A stretch of DNA of 64,000 nucleotides, taken from assembly GCF_009914755.1 (NCBI RefSeq), contig NC_060928.1; one strand, given 5' to 3'. The DNA is from the human T2T-CHM13v2.0 reference genome, Homo sapiens. The notes under the pieces were generated by a model. It was not told the origin of the DNA. It made no database searches and saw nothing but the letters and a program-made list of their open reading frames with translations. Shown here in pieces: positions 24,561 to 36,930 of the stretch. Numbering within the stretch: the first letter of the stretch is position 1; each line of letters starts with the position of its first letter. The translations under genes and the position numbers were made by a program.

Positions 24561-25777
24561 ATTTGATCTACTTAGAAAAACCTACAAATCTCAAATATTT
24601 GTCCTGTAGAAAATGAATGAACTCACCCCATGTACTAGGATCCCAGGTTGAAGCAGAGTTGGTCTACGAAGCTCATAGTCAGCTCACAACTTGAAGATGG
24701 AGAAAAAAAACTAGTTTCTACAGGCTTGTAATAATGTCCAAAGAATAATATAAATTAAAAAATGTAATAAGAATAATGGTGGGAGAAAAGGACTTGAGAA
24801 ACATTGCAAACACATTTTTTTAATAGTATACAAGAAATGTAGAGAAAAGGGGATCTAGTCATGCCAACTCTTTGAAAGCAGCTCTCCAAATGATTTCTTC
24901 TCCAATAAGGGTAACCATTGCCCAATTATATGGTTCTCCAGTTACAAGTACATTAGAGGAACTGGCACAGGAGGATAGGAAGATTTCTGCTAATGATGGT
25001 CAGTGTTTTCAAACTACATAAAACCTTGAGTGATAGTTGAATGGAGACCCATTTACCAGTTAACTTGGCTAATTGTACTAACTGCCAAGTAAATGGGGAT
25101 ACTGTAGCCCTGCAACCAGACATCACAAACAGCAGAATCATCTATTCTTTGGTCAAGTAATATTGGACTTTATTTGAAAAAGAGGTAACACTCAGAGAGA
25201 TATCTTGCTATCTGCTGTTACTGCCCTGGATTTTATCCAATTATGTTGGCTACTTCATTTCAGTACTAATTTCAAGAATGTGCTATTCAAAAGACTGAGA
25301 GGAGAGAGAAAGAGCTGTGTCACAGCTTAATTCTCAAAAAGATAACTTCAGAGCAAGTTAAATTCCATTTAAAAATGAATATTACAGACAATCATTTTGG
25401 AGGAACTAATTTTGCTCATTAGTATTTTTTCAGTGACTCTTACAATGATGGGGGCACTTTGTATGAATACTGTGATTATACTCTGGAATGTGGTTGGGAT
25501 TTTGTCAGTGGGCTAAACACTTCTGCTGTGGCTTTCGTGATGGCTCTTGCTCCTGCTATTGCTCTCTCCATTCCTTCCCACCCCAATTCCCCAAAATTCT
25601 GCTTATACCTCATATTGAGTAATATACAGAGTTTTAAAAATTATTTTTTTTGTGGAGAAGTAATCTAAATATAGCTTCTGGAAGAAAATAATTTGAACTC
25701 TCAGGAGAGAGAAAGGAGGTTGAATATTTAGATAGGTTCATACTCGAACACCAACTTTATTAGCTTATGAGAATCCA

Positions 25778-25875
25778 AGAAAGAAAGGAAAGAAAAGAAA
25801 GGAAGAAAGGGAGAGAGGAAGGAAGGAAGGACAAGAGTAAGGATGAGTGGGATGGAGAGAGAGAAGAAAGAAAAA
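25778..25875. repeat. GA-rich low-complexity tract
   Basis: aagaaagaaaggaaagaaaagaaaggaagaaagggagagaggaaggaagg. Confidence 0.85.
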
Positions 25876-26934
25876 TATCCTTCAAATCACAGGAATGTTT
25901 GTGAACAACTAACTCAGTGAACTGATCCTGACCAGTACTATGGCATTTGAGATTCGAGATAGCAATCATATCATAACTTTTGAAAGATATTTTACAAATC
26001 AATAAAGCAAAACTTTCAAAGAGAAATGTAACATTGCTCCATAACATTTAGACATTTATTTGGTAGAATTCTGAAGAATTTAATTCAATTGGCAGAGACT
26101 TAACACAGTATACCTATCCATTAAATCTGAAGAGAAGAGATGAGAATAAAATTCTAACTAGATTTTTTACTGCTTTTGTTGCCATAAAAGGAAAATATAT
26201 CTCTCTACTGATTCAACACTGTTGTATGGCTTGTTTTATAGAAGGGAATTTAAATTAGTCTTGACTATGCAGGAGTTTTCTACAGGTGTTCCGGAAAAGA
26301 AGTATGAATTCTGGTTTAAATGTTAGTTCCCAAATAAAAAAGCACCAGGTTTGCTTTCATATGTCTTGGTGGAAATTAGCTAGAAACAGTTTATCTGTCC
26401 TTGAAAAAACATTTTTAAATTGGCTGTAAAGTTTCATCTTCCAGATGGGCAGCCTTAAGCGGGCCCTGCTGAGATGGCACATTAAAGGCCTAAATATGCC
26501 ATCCGTCTACACATGAATTCCCCAGGTTGTAAATATTTAAAGAGTTGCTGGTGTGTCACGAAAACAGAACTCCACCTTGTGTCTTTGTAGGATGGTTTAT
26601 AAATAAATCTGTTTTCCACTTTTTCTTGTCTAATCATTTTTATTTAAAGGAGCTGAGCCAGCTGCATTTTAAGGGCTCACCAGTACCTTGAGCCACATAG
26701 CTGAATTACATCACCATTAGAAGCTACAAATAGCTGCCATTGTGTTCTGTGGATGCTACCAATACTCATTCATGTTTCCAGTAGAAAACACTGCTCTCTC
26801 TTATGGACATAAAATGATACCACTTGCTCAGCAGTGAGACTATAGTTATATTCACTCATTCACGTGCAAACACTGTTCTAGGCTCTGTTAAGTACTGAGT
26901 CTACAAAAACAATACTAGCAATCATGATAATGAT

Positions 26935-27180
26935 AATATTTATATCAACAGCTAAGCAACCACTGTCACCATTGAGTAACCACTGTGTGGTAGGCATAGC
27001 CTTTTACTTAGTGCTTATGTAGGATTTTATTTAATCCTGTCCAAAAGTCTTTGAGATGGATATAACCTCAGATTTATAGATATGAATTCTTCAGCTCAAA
27101 GGCAATAATGTTATTATTGCCATACAATGGTCAACCATAGAACTAAGATATGTTCTTCTAACTGGAAACTTACTGTATTT
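26935..27180 (-). mobile_element. MIR SINE (degenerate)
   Basis: cattgagtaaccactgtgtggtaggca...ttttatttaatcct...ctttgagatgg...tttatagat. Confidence 0.55.
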
Positions 27181-27504
27181 TTCTATTCATTTTAAACAAG
27201 TCAGTTACATTGATTATAAGGAAGGCACTTCCATCTGAGACAGATTGACCCACATTGAATTATGACAGACGGATCCCAAAGGCTATAGCTATATAGGGGA
27301 AGGATGACTGCTAGGTGCAAAAAAATAGGAGAAGGCAGATGAGAGAAAGCAAAGTGTATTGATTCAATGAGGAATGCTATGCATAATGAAAGATACAGAG
27401 TGATACCAATCTAAGTCTTCATCCGGATTTCTTCAAAGTTTTAGACTCCAGAATTACCAAAGACTTCCTTTTAATTCTGGACAACAACAGAAAGACTTGC
27501 TGCT

Positions 27505-27716
27505 GCTTATTGAGTGCTAACTCTGTATTAGGAACTGTACCAAGCGCTTACATACTCCATTCAATTCAATCCTACCAAATGCAGTTCTGTGAGGTAAGTA
27601 TATGTGCTCCTATGGTTTACTAAGCCTTGGTAAGATAAAGTGGCTGCTTTAAGTTCATATAGTTTGTAATTGCAGACCCAGGATTTGAATCCAGTCAATG
27701 CTCTTCACCACTACAC
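27505..27716 (-). mobile_element. MIR SINE
   Basis: cttattgagtgctaactctgtattaggaactgtaccaagcgcttaca...caggatttgaatccag...gctcttcaccactacac. Confidence 0.8.
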
Positions 27717-29019
27717 CTACTGCTTCCTATGTAACTATATAACTAAGACAGGAGAAGAGTTATTTGACACAGAATTATATTCTACCCTTGACTTAATCTC
27801 TATCATCCTGAGACATTTCAGATAGGAATCCAACATAGAAAAAATTGTGTTCACTCAATGAATGTATTGTGAGATGACTTTTTTTTTTTTTTTACTAGCA
27901 GTCTAAATTTCAATGTTCAAAACTCCATGTTTTGTGTATGGGAGGTGATAGCAAATTTTAATATAGGGTGTATTTAGTGCATCTTGAGTTTAACTCCCAT
28001 TTTTAAAGGCAATAATCTATTGTATGGTATTTTTTAATGTAAGAAGCAAATTTCTATACTTGCTGAACAGACAACTGCATATCCAAAGACAATATTTTGC
28101 CAGCAATTAAGCTAATTATAATAACAATTAATGTTTATTGAGGACTTACTACATGATAAGCCTTCAGGTATTTTATTTAATCTTGACAAAATGATTATCA
28201 AGAACATCTGAAAGCTGCTATAAAACAAATATTTTTGAGAACCTACTCTGTGTTCGTGAAACTCATATTCTAGAAGATGTTAAAGTAGTTAACTAAATAT
28301 CTCAAGGTGAAGAATTGAGTAATTTAGGAAAGAAATCAGAAAAAGAAGTCATTTTTTTGTGCCTTACTATCTTGAAGTCCTCTCTCTGAAATAATTCACT
28401 TTAGAATAACTTTGGGGCCAGTGATAAGACCAAACTTCACATTGAAGGATACACATAATTCACACACATAATAATGCAATAACGATTTTGCTGTTTCAAA
28501 AGGTAGAACAACCTACAGTTGCTTTGAATATGTTTTGTTAAAAAGAATTGAATGTGTTCCAATGTTCAAAGCTGATGATTATAAAATTATTTATGTAATT
28601 GAAATATTCTTATTTTAAATAAAATATTAAAATATCCTTTTCAATAATACAAAATATTTCAGCAAGTAGGTGAGAAGCAGAGAAAATTTGAAGATGATGC
28701 CACAACAAAACTTCTTTCTAAAATTCCACTCCTAAGATATTTTTTCTTTTATTTGTGTCTAAATTAATGCATGTGAAGGTTGTACTTACCTCTCTCTGCT
28801 TTTGTTGTCATTTTTACTACCAGTGAAATATCACTAAGTTGTCAAATGTTGATGTTTTGTGGAGTTCAAATGTCCTTTGAGAGAATATTCAAGTGTAAAC
28901 AGAAGGGAGATGCATAACCAGCCAACTGGATCAACTGTGCAGTCTGAAGGAAAATAGCTTCTGTTGCTTTTTTTGTTTCATTCATATTACATATAATATT
29001 CATTGAAGGAAAAGCAAAT

Positions 29020-29850
29020 AATCACCCCCAAATTCTGCTCTGAAATAACTGCAAAAACATTTATGTTTATTATGGCTCTCCATCCTTTTTTAATGCATAT
29101 AAACACAAAATATGTGCAATATATGTGGTAATAGTAAAATTGATTTTTTATTTAATATTTTATAAAAATTTTTGTCAATATCAATGAATATAAAACTATA
29201 TCATGAGTTTTTTTCCTATGTGCGTAGCATTCTATTTTGTCATAGGATATTAATCATCTTTAGTTGCATATCTTTGTTTTTTCCCCAAATTTTCAATATT
29301 ATAGATAATATTACAGCAAAAATATTATACGTAAATGTCATTATATAGAAACATACATTTATATATATAAAACAACATTTTTATATAACTATGTAAGTAG
29401 GCATATAAAACAAAATTTACCAGAAGTAAAATTGTTAATTCAAATAATATGCTCACTCAAATGGAGTAATACATACTACCAAAATGTCTACCAGAAAGAT
29501 GGTACCATTTTAAATCCCTAACAACAGAGTATAAAAGTACCGTACTAATGTTACTACATCTTGCTAAGACCTGGTGTTACCATGCTTTTAAAACTTTCCC
29601 ATACTGAGAAGTAAAATATAACGTACTTTTCTTTTAAATGTGCATTTATTTAATTTCTAGTGAATTTGAACATACCATATAGTTCATGAATTAGCATTTT
29701 ATATATGTGCCCATTGTTTTGTCTTTTGTTGAATAAATGAATTATTTGCCATGTGTATTGCAAACATACTTTAGTTTGTCATTTACATTTATTTTTATGG
29801 TAGTTTTTATTTCAATAAAAATACTTGAATTTGTTCAATCTAATTTATAT
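29020..29850 (-). mobile_element. Ancient L1M (L1ME-like) fragment
   Basis: Degenerate L1 antisense motifs: tagcattctatt, ccagaagtaaaattg, ccagaaagatggtaccatttt...aacaacagagtataaaagtac, tgcatttatttaatttctagtga. Confidence 0.6.
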
Positions 29851-31057
29851 TCCTAACCGATAGTTCATTGCAAACTGCTTAAAATTAAATTCATAAATGG
29901 GATCATGTGTGATCAAATGTGCTTTGGCACTCGAGTCTGAGACTCCTTGAAAACTTTTCACTATTAGTAGATTTTTCTGCTATCACTAGCTAGAGCATTA
30001 AGAGAACTTTGCTATCATTTCCTAATATTTTCCATGCTCAGTCATTAAAAATTCAAAATCAATGGTAGAAAACAAACTGAAACTTCGGGGGTGATGAAAT
30101 AAAATTGAGCTAGTTATAAATACAACATTTTTTTTTATATTAACTTGGTGCACTTACTTCACTAGAAGTCTGGTTAATCAGCCCAATCCTTTATACTTCC
30201 AAATTTTAGATTCCCCCTTTGCTAGTTAAACTCATATTGTTATATAATATTATGACATTTAATTACTTTAGAGATAACTTGTCTCCTCATTTCTCAAATG
30301 ACATTAACAACTTACATAAGTTGTTAATAACTTGATCAAGATTACTCTGTAGCAAGACTAAAAACTAGGTCTTTTGATTTTTACACTGCATTATACTTCT
30401 CTTCCATGGGTCAACATCGGCGATATTTGCTGATTTTAATTTCAACAAATTGTTTGAATTTTGAAAAAAAAAAAAAAAAAAACAAAAGTAAAATTATGTG
30501 GCGTGATCAACACATTGAGGGATAATCCCAGAAAGAAATATGTTCCTTTGTTGACCAGAGTCCAGAATAAGGCTTCTCAGTTGCTTTATTGCTACTCCCA
30601 GCCCAGGAATCCGGGTTTTAATCAACAGTCCTAAGAGAAAGAGGGACCCTACGCGAGAAAGAAATAGAAACTGAATTCACATTTTTTAAGGAAATTCTTC
30701 ATGAAGGATTGAGATATTATAAAATAAACAAAATTTCGAAAACCCTGTGCAGAGGACTAGAACTCAGTCTTATTGTTCAGGTGATTTGAAATATATCTCC
30801 AAAAGGAGCACCAGAATGTAGCTGATGAGGGCAAAAGAAAGTAAGAGTCAGGTGCAAAAGTCGGGATTTGGGGCAGGTCAAATGGATAAAAGTTGGCAAC
30901 AGAGTCAAAGGTAGACCAGAAAGTAAAACTGGGTAAGACGTTCCATAAGAAAGCATTAGATCAATTGGACTGAGGTTCTGGCTTCAATCATCTCTTTCTT
31001 CACATGGTCAAGGGTTGGATGCCATGGGGGAGATTCTTGGTTTCTGGCAGTCCAAGT

Positions 31058-31277
31058 CTTTCTTTTTTGTTGTTTTTAGAGACAGGGTCTTGCTCCATTG
31101 CCTAGGCATCGGAGTGAAGTGGCCACCACGCTTGCCTAATTTTTTTTTTAAAGTTTTTGAAGAGATAGGGTCTTGCTGTGTTGCCCAGGCTGGTCACAAA
31201 CTCCTGGCCTCAAGAGATCCTCCTGCTTTGGCTTCCTAAAACACTAGGATTATAGGCATGAGCCACAACACCAGGTC
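31058..31277 (-). mobile_element. AluJ with internal deletion of the right arm
   Basis: gagacagggtcttgc...gtgaagtgg joined directly to ccaccacgcttgcctaatttt. Left arm intact (actcctggcctcaag). Confidence 0.85.
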
Positions 31278-31364
31278 AGCCCCAGAGCTTTCATTTGAGA
31301 TGAACATTGTTCTTAGTCCAGCCACTTGGATGCCAATGAGCTAATCCTGCCCTCATTTGGTGTC

Positions 31365-31635
31365 AGAAAATCTCAGGTTCAAATCTCGGATTCACTGTAT
31401 TATTAACTATGTGATGTATGGACAATTTGGGTATACTCTTTCAACCTCAGTTTAGATAAAAATAACTACCCCACTGGGCTCACATTAAAAATATTTGTAT
31501 AATGTAACAAACTATATATATATATATAAACTATATATTTAAACTATACATATATAAAATATATATATATAGCTAACAAACTATATATATATGGCTTAGC
31601 TTCTTAAATGGCACATAGTAAGATCTCAATAAATG
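31365..31635 (+). mobile_element. MIR SINE containing a (TA)n-rich insertion at 31505-31592
   Basis: ggttcaaatctcgg...aactatgtga...cctcagttt...tggcacatagtaagatctcaataaatg. Confidence 0.7.
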
Positions 31636-32772
31636 AACTGCAGAAGGTTAGGACTCTTTCTGTAATAACTTTAATTTATCAAACTTTTAGATTGTTTTAA
31701 AATCTTCTAGTTCACACTCAGTGGTCCAATTAGGTTTCTTTTTATCATACTTTAAAGGTAAGTTTTTAAAAAAGTAACATAAAGGTAATGAAAAGATAAA
31801 AGTAATTCTGTTTTGGCTTACGTTTCATGCCCCATGTTTACTTTGGTGCAGGAATGGAAACAAATGGAAACAAATAAGATATTAATTCTAATTATAAAGT
31901 GAAGCTAGAATTTGAACAAACACAAAACAACCTCCCAATTTCCTAATAAGTCACAAGTCTCAAGAGAGATGAATAAATGGCATCTTAGTCCTACAGTCAT
32001 GCACATAATTCTCTTTTAAATTTCTGATTATAATTCTCTAATTTTTACAAATGATGAGCATTTCCCTGGGGCTTGAGTTGTTCAGGACACTAACAGAAGA
32101 CTTGCATTCTTGTATTTCAAGATAAATTTTCATTGCAAATACAGAAGAGCCACATGTCCCTGGAATTTAGATATTACAATCACAGACACTTAAAAAAAAA
32201 AAAAGTAAATTTACTAAAGGCAGACACAGTATAAAACTGAATGTGATGAGAAAATAAATTCACTTATCATACAAACTATTCTATTAGTAATTGATTTGTA
32301 TAAAATTAATAAGTCTTTCTTGAAATTCAGATATAAAATTTATCAGCCTCATTTTCTAATCTTTTTATTCAGGTGTCATGAAAATTCTTAAATTATTAAA
32401 AGGCTTATGTGTCCTTTCAACTTTTGACTACTCAAGTTGTGAATTTTCTTTGAATAGTAAACTAATGTATAGTGAAATGATTAGCATTATTATAATATAT
32501 TACATGTTTATCCTCTTAATGACCACCAATATATTTTATTAGTGATATATTTAATATGCATATATATCTTCTCCCTCTCTCTCACTGACTCAGACACACA
32601 AAATAAATCACTACAATTTCCAAATTTAGGTTTAGAGCTACAAATTACATTAATATTTTCTTTGGCATAAAGAGATTTTCTCAAGTTTCTAAGATAAATC
32701 TATTTTTAGAGTTAACATAATTGTAAAGAGGGAGGTTATTGCTACATGACCGTACATTTTCTTTTCAGTGTA

Positions 32773-32918
32773 AGAAAGGGAAGAAGGAAAGGAGGAAAGA
32801 AGGGAGGAAGGTAGGAAGGGAAAGAGGAAAGGAGGAAGGGAGAGAGGGAGAGAGGGAGGGAAGGAGAGAGGAATGGAAGGAAGGAAGGAGGGAAGGAAGA
32901 AAGGAAGGAAGGAAAGAA
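32773..32918. repeat. (GGAA/GGGA)n polypurine tract
   Basis: About 145 nt of almost pure G/A (one T). Confidence 0.95.
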
Positions 32919-33070
32919 ATTATTGTTAAAGACAGAGCCAATCAGGAGACATGAATTTCAACTTCAAAATTATAATTAAGTCTGGTGAAATGGGTGAAAA
33001 AGTAAATACAAAGTAGGACCAACTTTCTCGGGGCACTTTGAAACTCTCCATCAATCTCCTTAAATTTTCA

Positions 33071-33445
33071 TGTATATATATATGTGTATATACACATATT
33101 AAAAAAATACATATATACGTATATATATATGTATATATATGTGTGTGTATATATACGTATATATATACATATATATACACACACATATATATACGTATAT
33201 ATACACACATATATACGTATATATACACACATATATACGTATATATACACACATATATACGTATATATACACACATATATACGTATATATACACACATAT
33301 ATACGTATATATACACACATATATACGTATATATACACACATATATACGTATATATACACACATATATACGTATATATACACACATATATACGTATATAT
33401 ACACACATATATACGTATATATATATATACATATATATATATGTA
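33071..33445. repeat. Purine-pyrimidine-alternating VNTR; core 22-bp unit ATATATACGTATATATACACAC
   Basis: CG dinucleotides at exact 22-nt spacing from 33194 to 33414 (11 cores), with degenerate flanks. Confidence 0.97.
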
Positions 33446-33739
33446 TTTTTTTTTTTCGAGATGGAGTCTCGCTCTGTCACCCAGGCTGGAGTGCAGTGGC
33501 GCGATCTCGGCTCACGCAACCTCCGCCTCCCAGGTTCAAGCAATTCTCCTGCCTCAGCCTCCTGAGTAGCTGGGACTACAGATGTGCACCACCACGCCTG
33601 GATAATTTTTTTGTGTATTTTAGTAGAGACGGGGTTTCACCATATTGGTCAGGCTGGTCTTGAACTCCTGATCTCGTGATCTACCCTCCTTGGCCTCCCA
33701 AAATGCTGGGATTACAGGCACGAGCCACCGTGCCCGGCC
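33446..33739 (-). mobile_element. AluS (Sg/Sc-like)
   Basis: Full dimer. Probable TSD aattttcatRtat at 33063-33075 and 33741-33753, which encloses the VNTR. Confidence 0.92.
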
Positions 33740-33928
33740 CAATTTTCATATATTTTGTTAAATTAATTCCACTTCTAGAAATGTAGTTAATAGAGAAAGA
33801 TCAGAGATGTACCAACATATTTATGAAAAGATAGTAAACATACCAATATTTTACTATAACAAATTGAAACATCTAAAATATTTATTAGTATGGAATTAAA
33901 TAAATTTTTATTAGGTCTGTTTACATAA

Positions 33929-34812
33929 TAATAGGGACAGGAGGCAGGGAAATTTGGGGCAGAAGAGAGCGGGTCCCTGGCAAAAACCCCACCCTCAAGC
34001 CGAAAATCCTGATACCATGGCCCAAAGTGAGAACTTACATCCCTATTTTCCTGCTCGAATGTTGCCTTTTCCAAAATCACCCATGGCCTGCCCCACCCCC
34101 TATCCTGTGCCAGTGAAAACCCCATCCTCAGCTGGCAGAGATAAGAGAAGCAAATGAACTAAGGCTGGACATCAGAGAGAAGCAGCTTGACTTCAGGGGG
34201 ACAGCTTGACATTGGTACTTTGGAGAAGAATCTGACCAGAGATGGCCGGATTTCAGGGGAAAATTACCTCCATACCCTGTCCCCTTTTCAGCTCCCCTTC
34301 CCGCTGAGAGCCACCTCCACAACAATAAAATCCCCCACATTTACCATTCTCCAATTCATTTTGTAACCTCATTTCTCCTGGTTGCCGGACAAAAGCTTGG
34401 GTGCCACGAATGCGGATACAGAAGGCTGTCACACTGACCCTTTGCCCTCGCTGGAGGAAGGCAGCTGCCTCACACAAAAAAGCAGAGGGCCCGCTGAGTT
34501 AATACTTAAGCTGTCCGCAGACAGCAGAGCTAAAAGAGTACTGTAACACTTCTGGGCCTCCAGGGGTCGCAGGCATCTCCCTAGAAACTGCTGCGGGGCC
34601 GGTGCGGAGTTTGCTCCTGCTGGTGCCCAAAAACGCTCGCCCCAGCTCCTGCACTCATTCTTCTGCTTGCTCCCTCCAGCAAGCAGCGGAATGCAGCAGG
34701 TCCGAGTGAATGGAGTTTGCCCCTACCAGCACCGAAGCAGCTGGCTAGTTCTTGCGCTCATGTACTCCAGTTCCTGCCCGCAAAGGGGTCAGGGAAATAT
34801 CCTGCTTTATCA
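33929..34812 (+). mobile_element. Solo ERV1 LTR, MER50/LTR27-like, inserted in an old L1ME fragment
   Basis: Starts taatagggacaggaggcagggaaa...ccccaccctcaagcc, has caataaaa, ends gggaaatatcctgctttatCA. GC-rich relative to flanks. Confidence 0.8.
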
Positions 34813-35089
34813 ACACAATACTATAGAGCACGTAACTAATTTTAAGTTAATATCTAGGAACATGGAAATATGCTTATGATAAAAAGTTAATTGAAAAAAG
34901 AGAAAGAACATTATAACCTCAATTTTGGAAGAATATCTGCCAAAATGTTAACCCCTATAATTATTAACAGATGATGTGATTAGGAGAAGCTTTTATATTC
35001 TATTTATACATTTCATATTTTCTGCAATAAACATGTAATTTATCTAATCATAATAAAATAATGGCATATAAAACTTGTACCTATAGCTA

Positions 35090-35830
35090 CGATCTCTTAT
35101 GAGCACTGGAACTTAAATTGGCAAATGGCTTCTGATATCACACTACAGATTATTTCTCTGATTAGCTCAAGCTCCACATATCCCCTAAATCTGCTATTTT
35201 TCAATAATTTCCTAATTCTGTTGATTTAACTACCATCTGCTTAGTCACCCAAGTTAGACATTTAAATTCCTCTTGATCTGTTTGTCATTCATCGTTCAGA
35301 ATAATTAGCTCTAAATTCTAGTGCATTATTTCTCCTAAATGGCTAAGTACGTCTTCTCTGTAAATTAACGGCACCTACAGTTCTAAACATGTTACAGAAA
35401 ATTAACAAATACATATTTGAATTCTATTTTTTAGAGAGTTCAAGCCAGACGTATGCTCCAACCACACCAAATTCATCATTTCCTAAGCAAAAAATACTGT
35501 TCTCCTTAAAATTTTTACTCACTATATAAAACAGCAAAAGTGTCCCCTCTCCCGTATTTTCCTCTGGGTAATCTTGGCGTTCAATCCTGGTAAACTGAAC
35601 CAATTTTATAGCACCCCAAATACTTAAATGCACAACCTACTTTTAAAGAACCCAGCATATTGAATTGCGATTATTTGCTTTCTGTAACTTATCTTCACTA
35701 GGTTGTGGTCTACTCTATAGAAGGGATCATGCTTTGAACCTCATCTTGAAAGGAGATTCAATCTTTCCTTCTTGCTCCTAATATCAACAGAGGGTGGAAT
35801 ATATGGTAGGCATTCAGTAATTATTTTCTG
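35090..35830 (+). mobile_element. L2 fragments
   Basis: ctcaagctccacatatcc...taccatctgcttagtcacccaag; 3' end ctaggttgtggtctactc...atatggtaggcattcagtaatta. Confidence 0.5.
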
Positions 35831-36389
35831 TATTACATTATTTTGATTGTTACTCTATGTTGTACTCCTAAATTCAAACTGCAAATTTCTATTGATTTCA
35901 TTGATAAACACATCTATTTCACTATAGTCTCAGTTCATACAACTCTTAGAATTTATATCGATGTCATTTAAAAGTCAGAAAAGTGACTTCTCTTTAAGAA
36001 AGATATTATTAAGATAATTATAATAACTTTGGTAAGGAAACCTATGTTTGTTGAAAATTTTCTAAGTACCAGGATTATGCCAGACACTTTAAAAATTTAT
36101 TTGTTTTCTTAATTCCTACTTACAAATGAGGCAAGTGAGGACCAGGAAGTTAAAAAAACTTTGATAAGGTTCGCAGCCAGTTTAATGTCAGATCTATATA
36201 GGACCAAGTCTGTATCATTAGAAAATCAATTTTCTCAAATGAATTGAGTGGAAAGTTTTTGTAATAAATAATACAAATTTGCTTATACGAGTGTTATGTG
36301 GGCATATGGGTATTTTCTGAGCTGGATCAGAAAAACTGTTATGGGGCAAGTAATAATAGTACTATACAATTTCAATTATTTTAATATTT

Positions 36390-36930
36390 GTAGGGAATAT
36401 TACTCAACTAAATAATAAATGTATGATATGATCCTGAATTCTCTTATTTCCCCTTTGTGTCTGCAATTGACAAGATATTTGACAATGTGTCTCAAGATAT
36501 CCTTAGGAATAATACAAAGAAATATGGCCTAGACGCTAATGCAATTAAGGTGGAAAGAAAGTGCTTATATTATCATACCGAGAAGCTATTAATATGTTGA
36601 TTCCAATCTGTTGCCATTTTATTAATGCCTGTAATGAAGAATTAGAGAGTATACTTAATACATTTGCAGATGATAAGGTTCATTGATATGACAAAAATTC
36701 ACTGGAAAAGCAGAATCAAATGATACATAGAGATTTGATGAATGGGCTAAATCTTCAGAAACTGCATTTGAAAGGAATTACTATGAATTCTTGTCTTTTG
36801 TTTCAAAAACCTAAGTAGCATATTAGGAAAAGATAATCACATGCAGAGATGGAGAAATTTGAAAATTAGGAGGGTGTGTTGTTTCCTTTAGTTGTCACCT
36901 CAAGGTAAATCAAAAAGGTAATGTTGTTGC
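36390..36930 (+). mobile_element. L3/CR1 LINE reverse-transcriptase remnant
   Basis: Translates to KIFDNVSQDILRNNTKKYGLDANAIK and IFINACNEELESILNTFADDK (FADD at 36663-36674). Matches CR1 RT motifs KAFDxVSHxIL...YGLD and IFINDLD...KFADDTK. Confidence 0.8.

Noticed and set aside
30465-30488. Poly(A) run as the tail of a processed pseudogene
   Set aside because: No upstream ORF, poly(A) signal or convincing TSD.
32926-33663. Six overlapping 100-205 aa Y/I/T/H/V-rich ORFs, and a CRISPR-like periodic look
   Set aside because: Translation artefacts of the stop-free purine-pyrimidine VNTR plus Alu. The spacers are identical and there are no cas genes.
33929-34812. Relatively CpG/GC-rich block as a gene promoter or CpG island
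   Set aside because: Coincides exactly with an ERV1 solo LTR.
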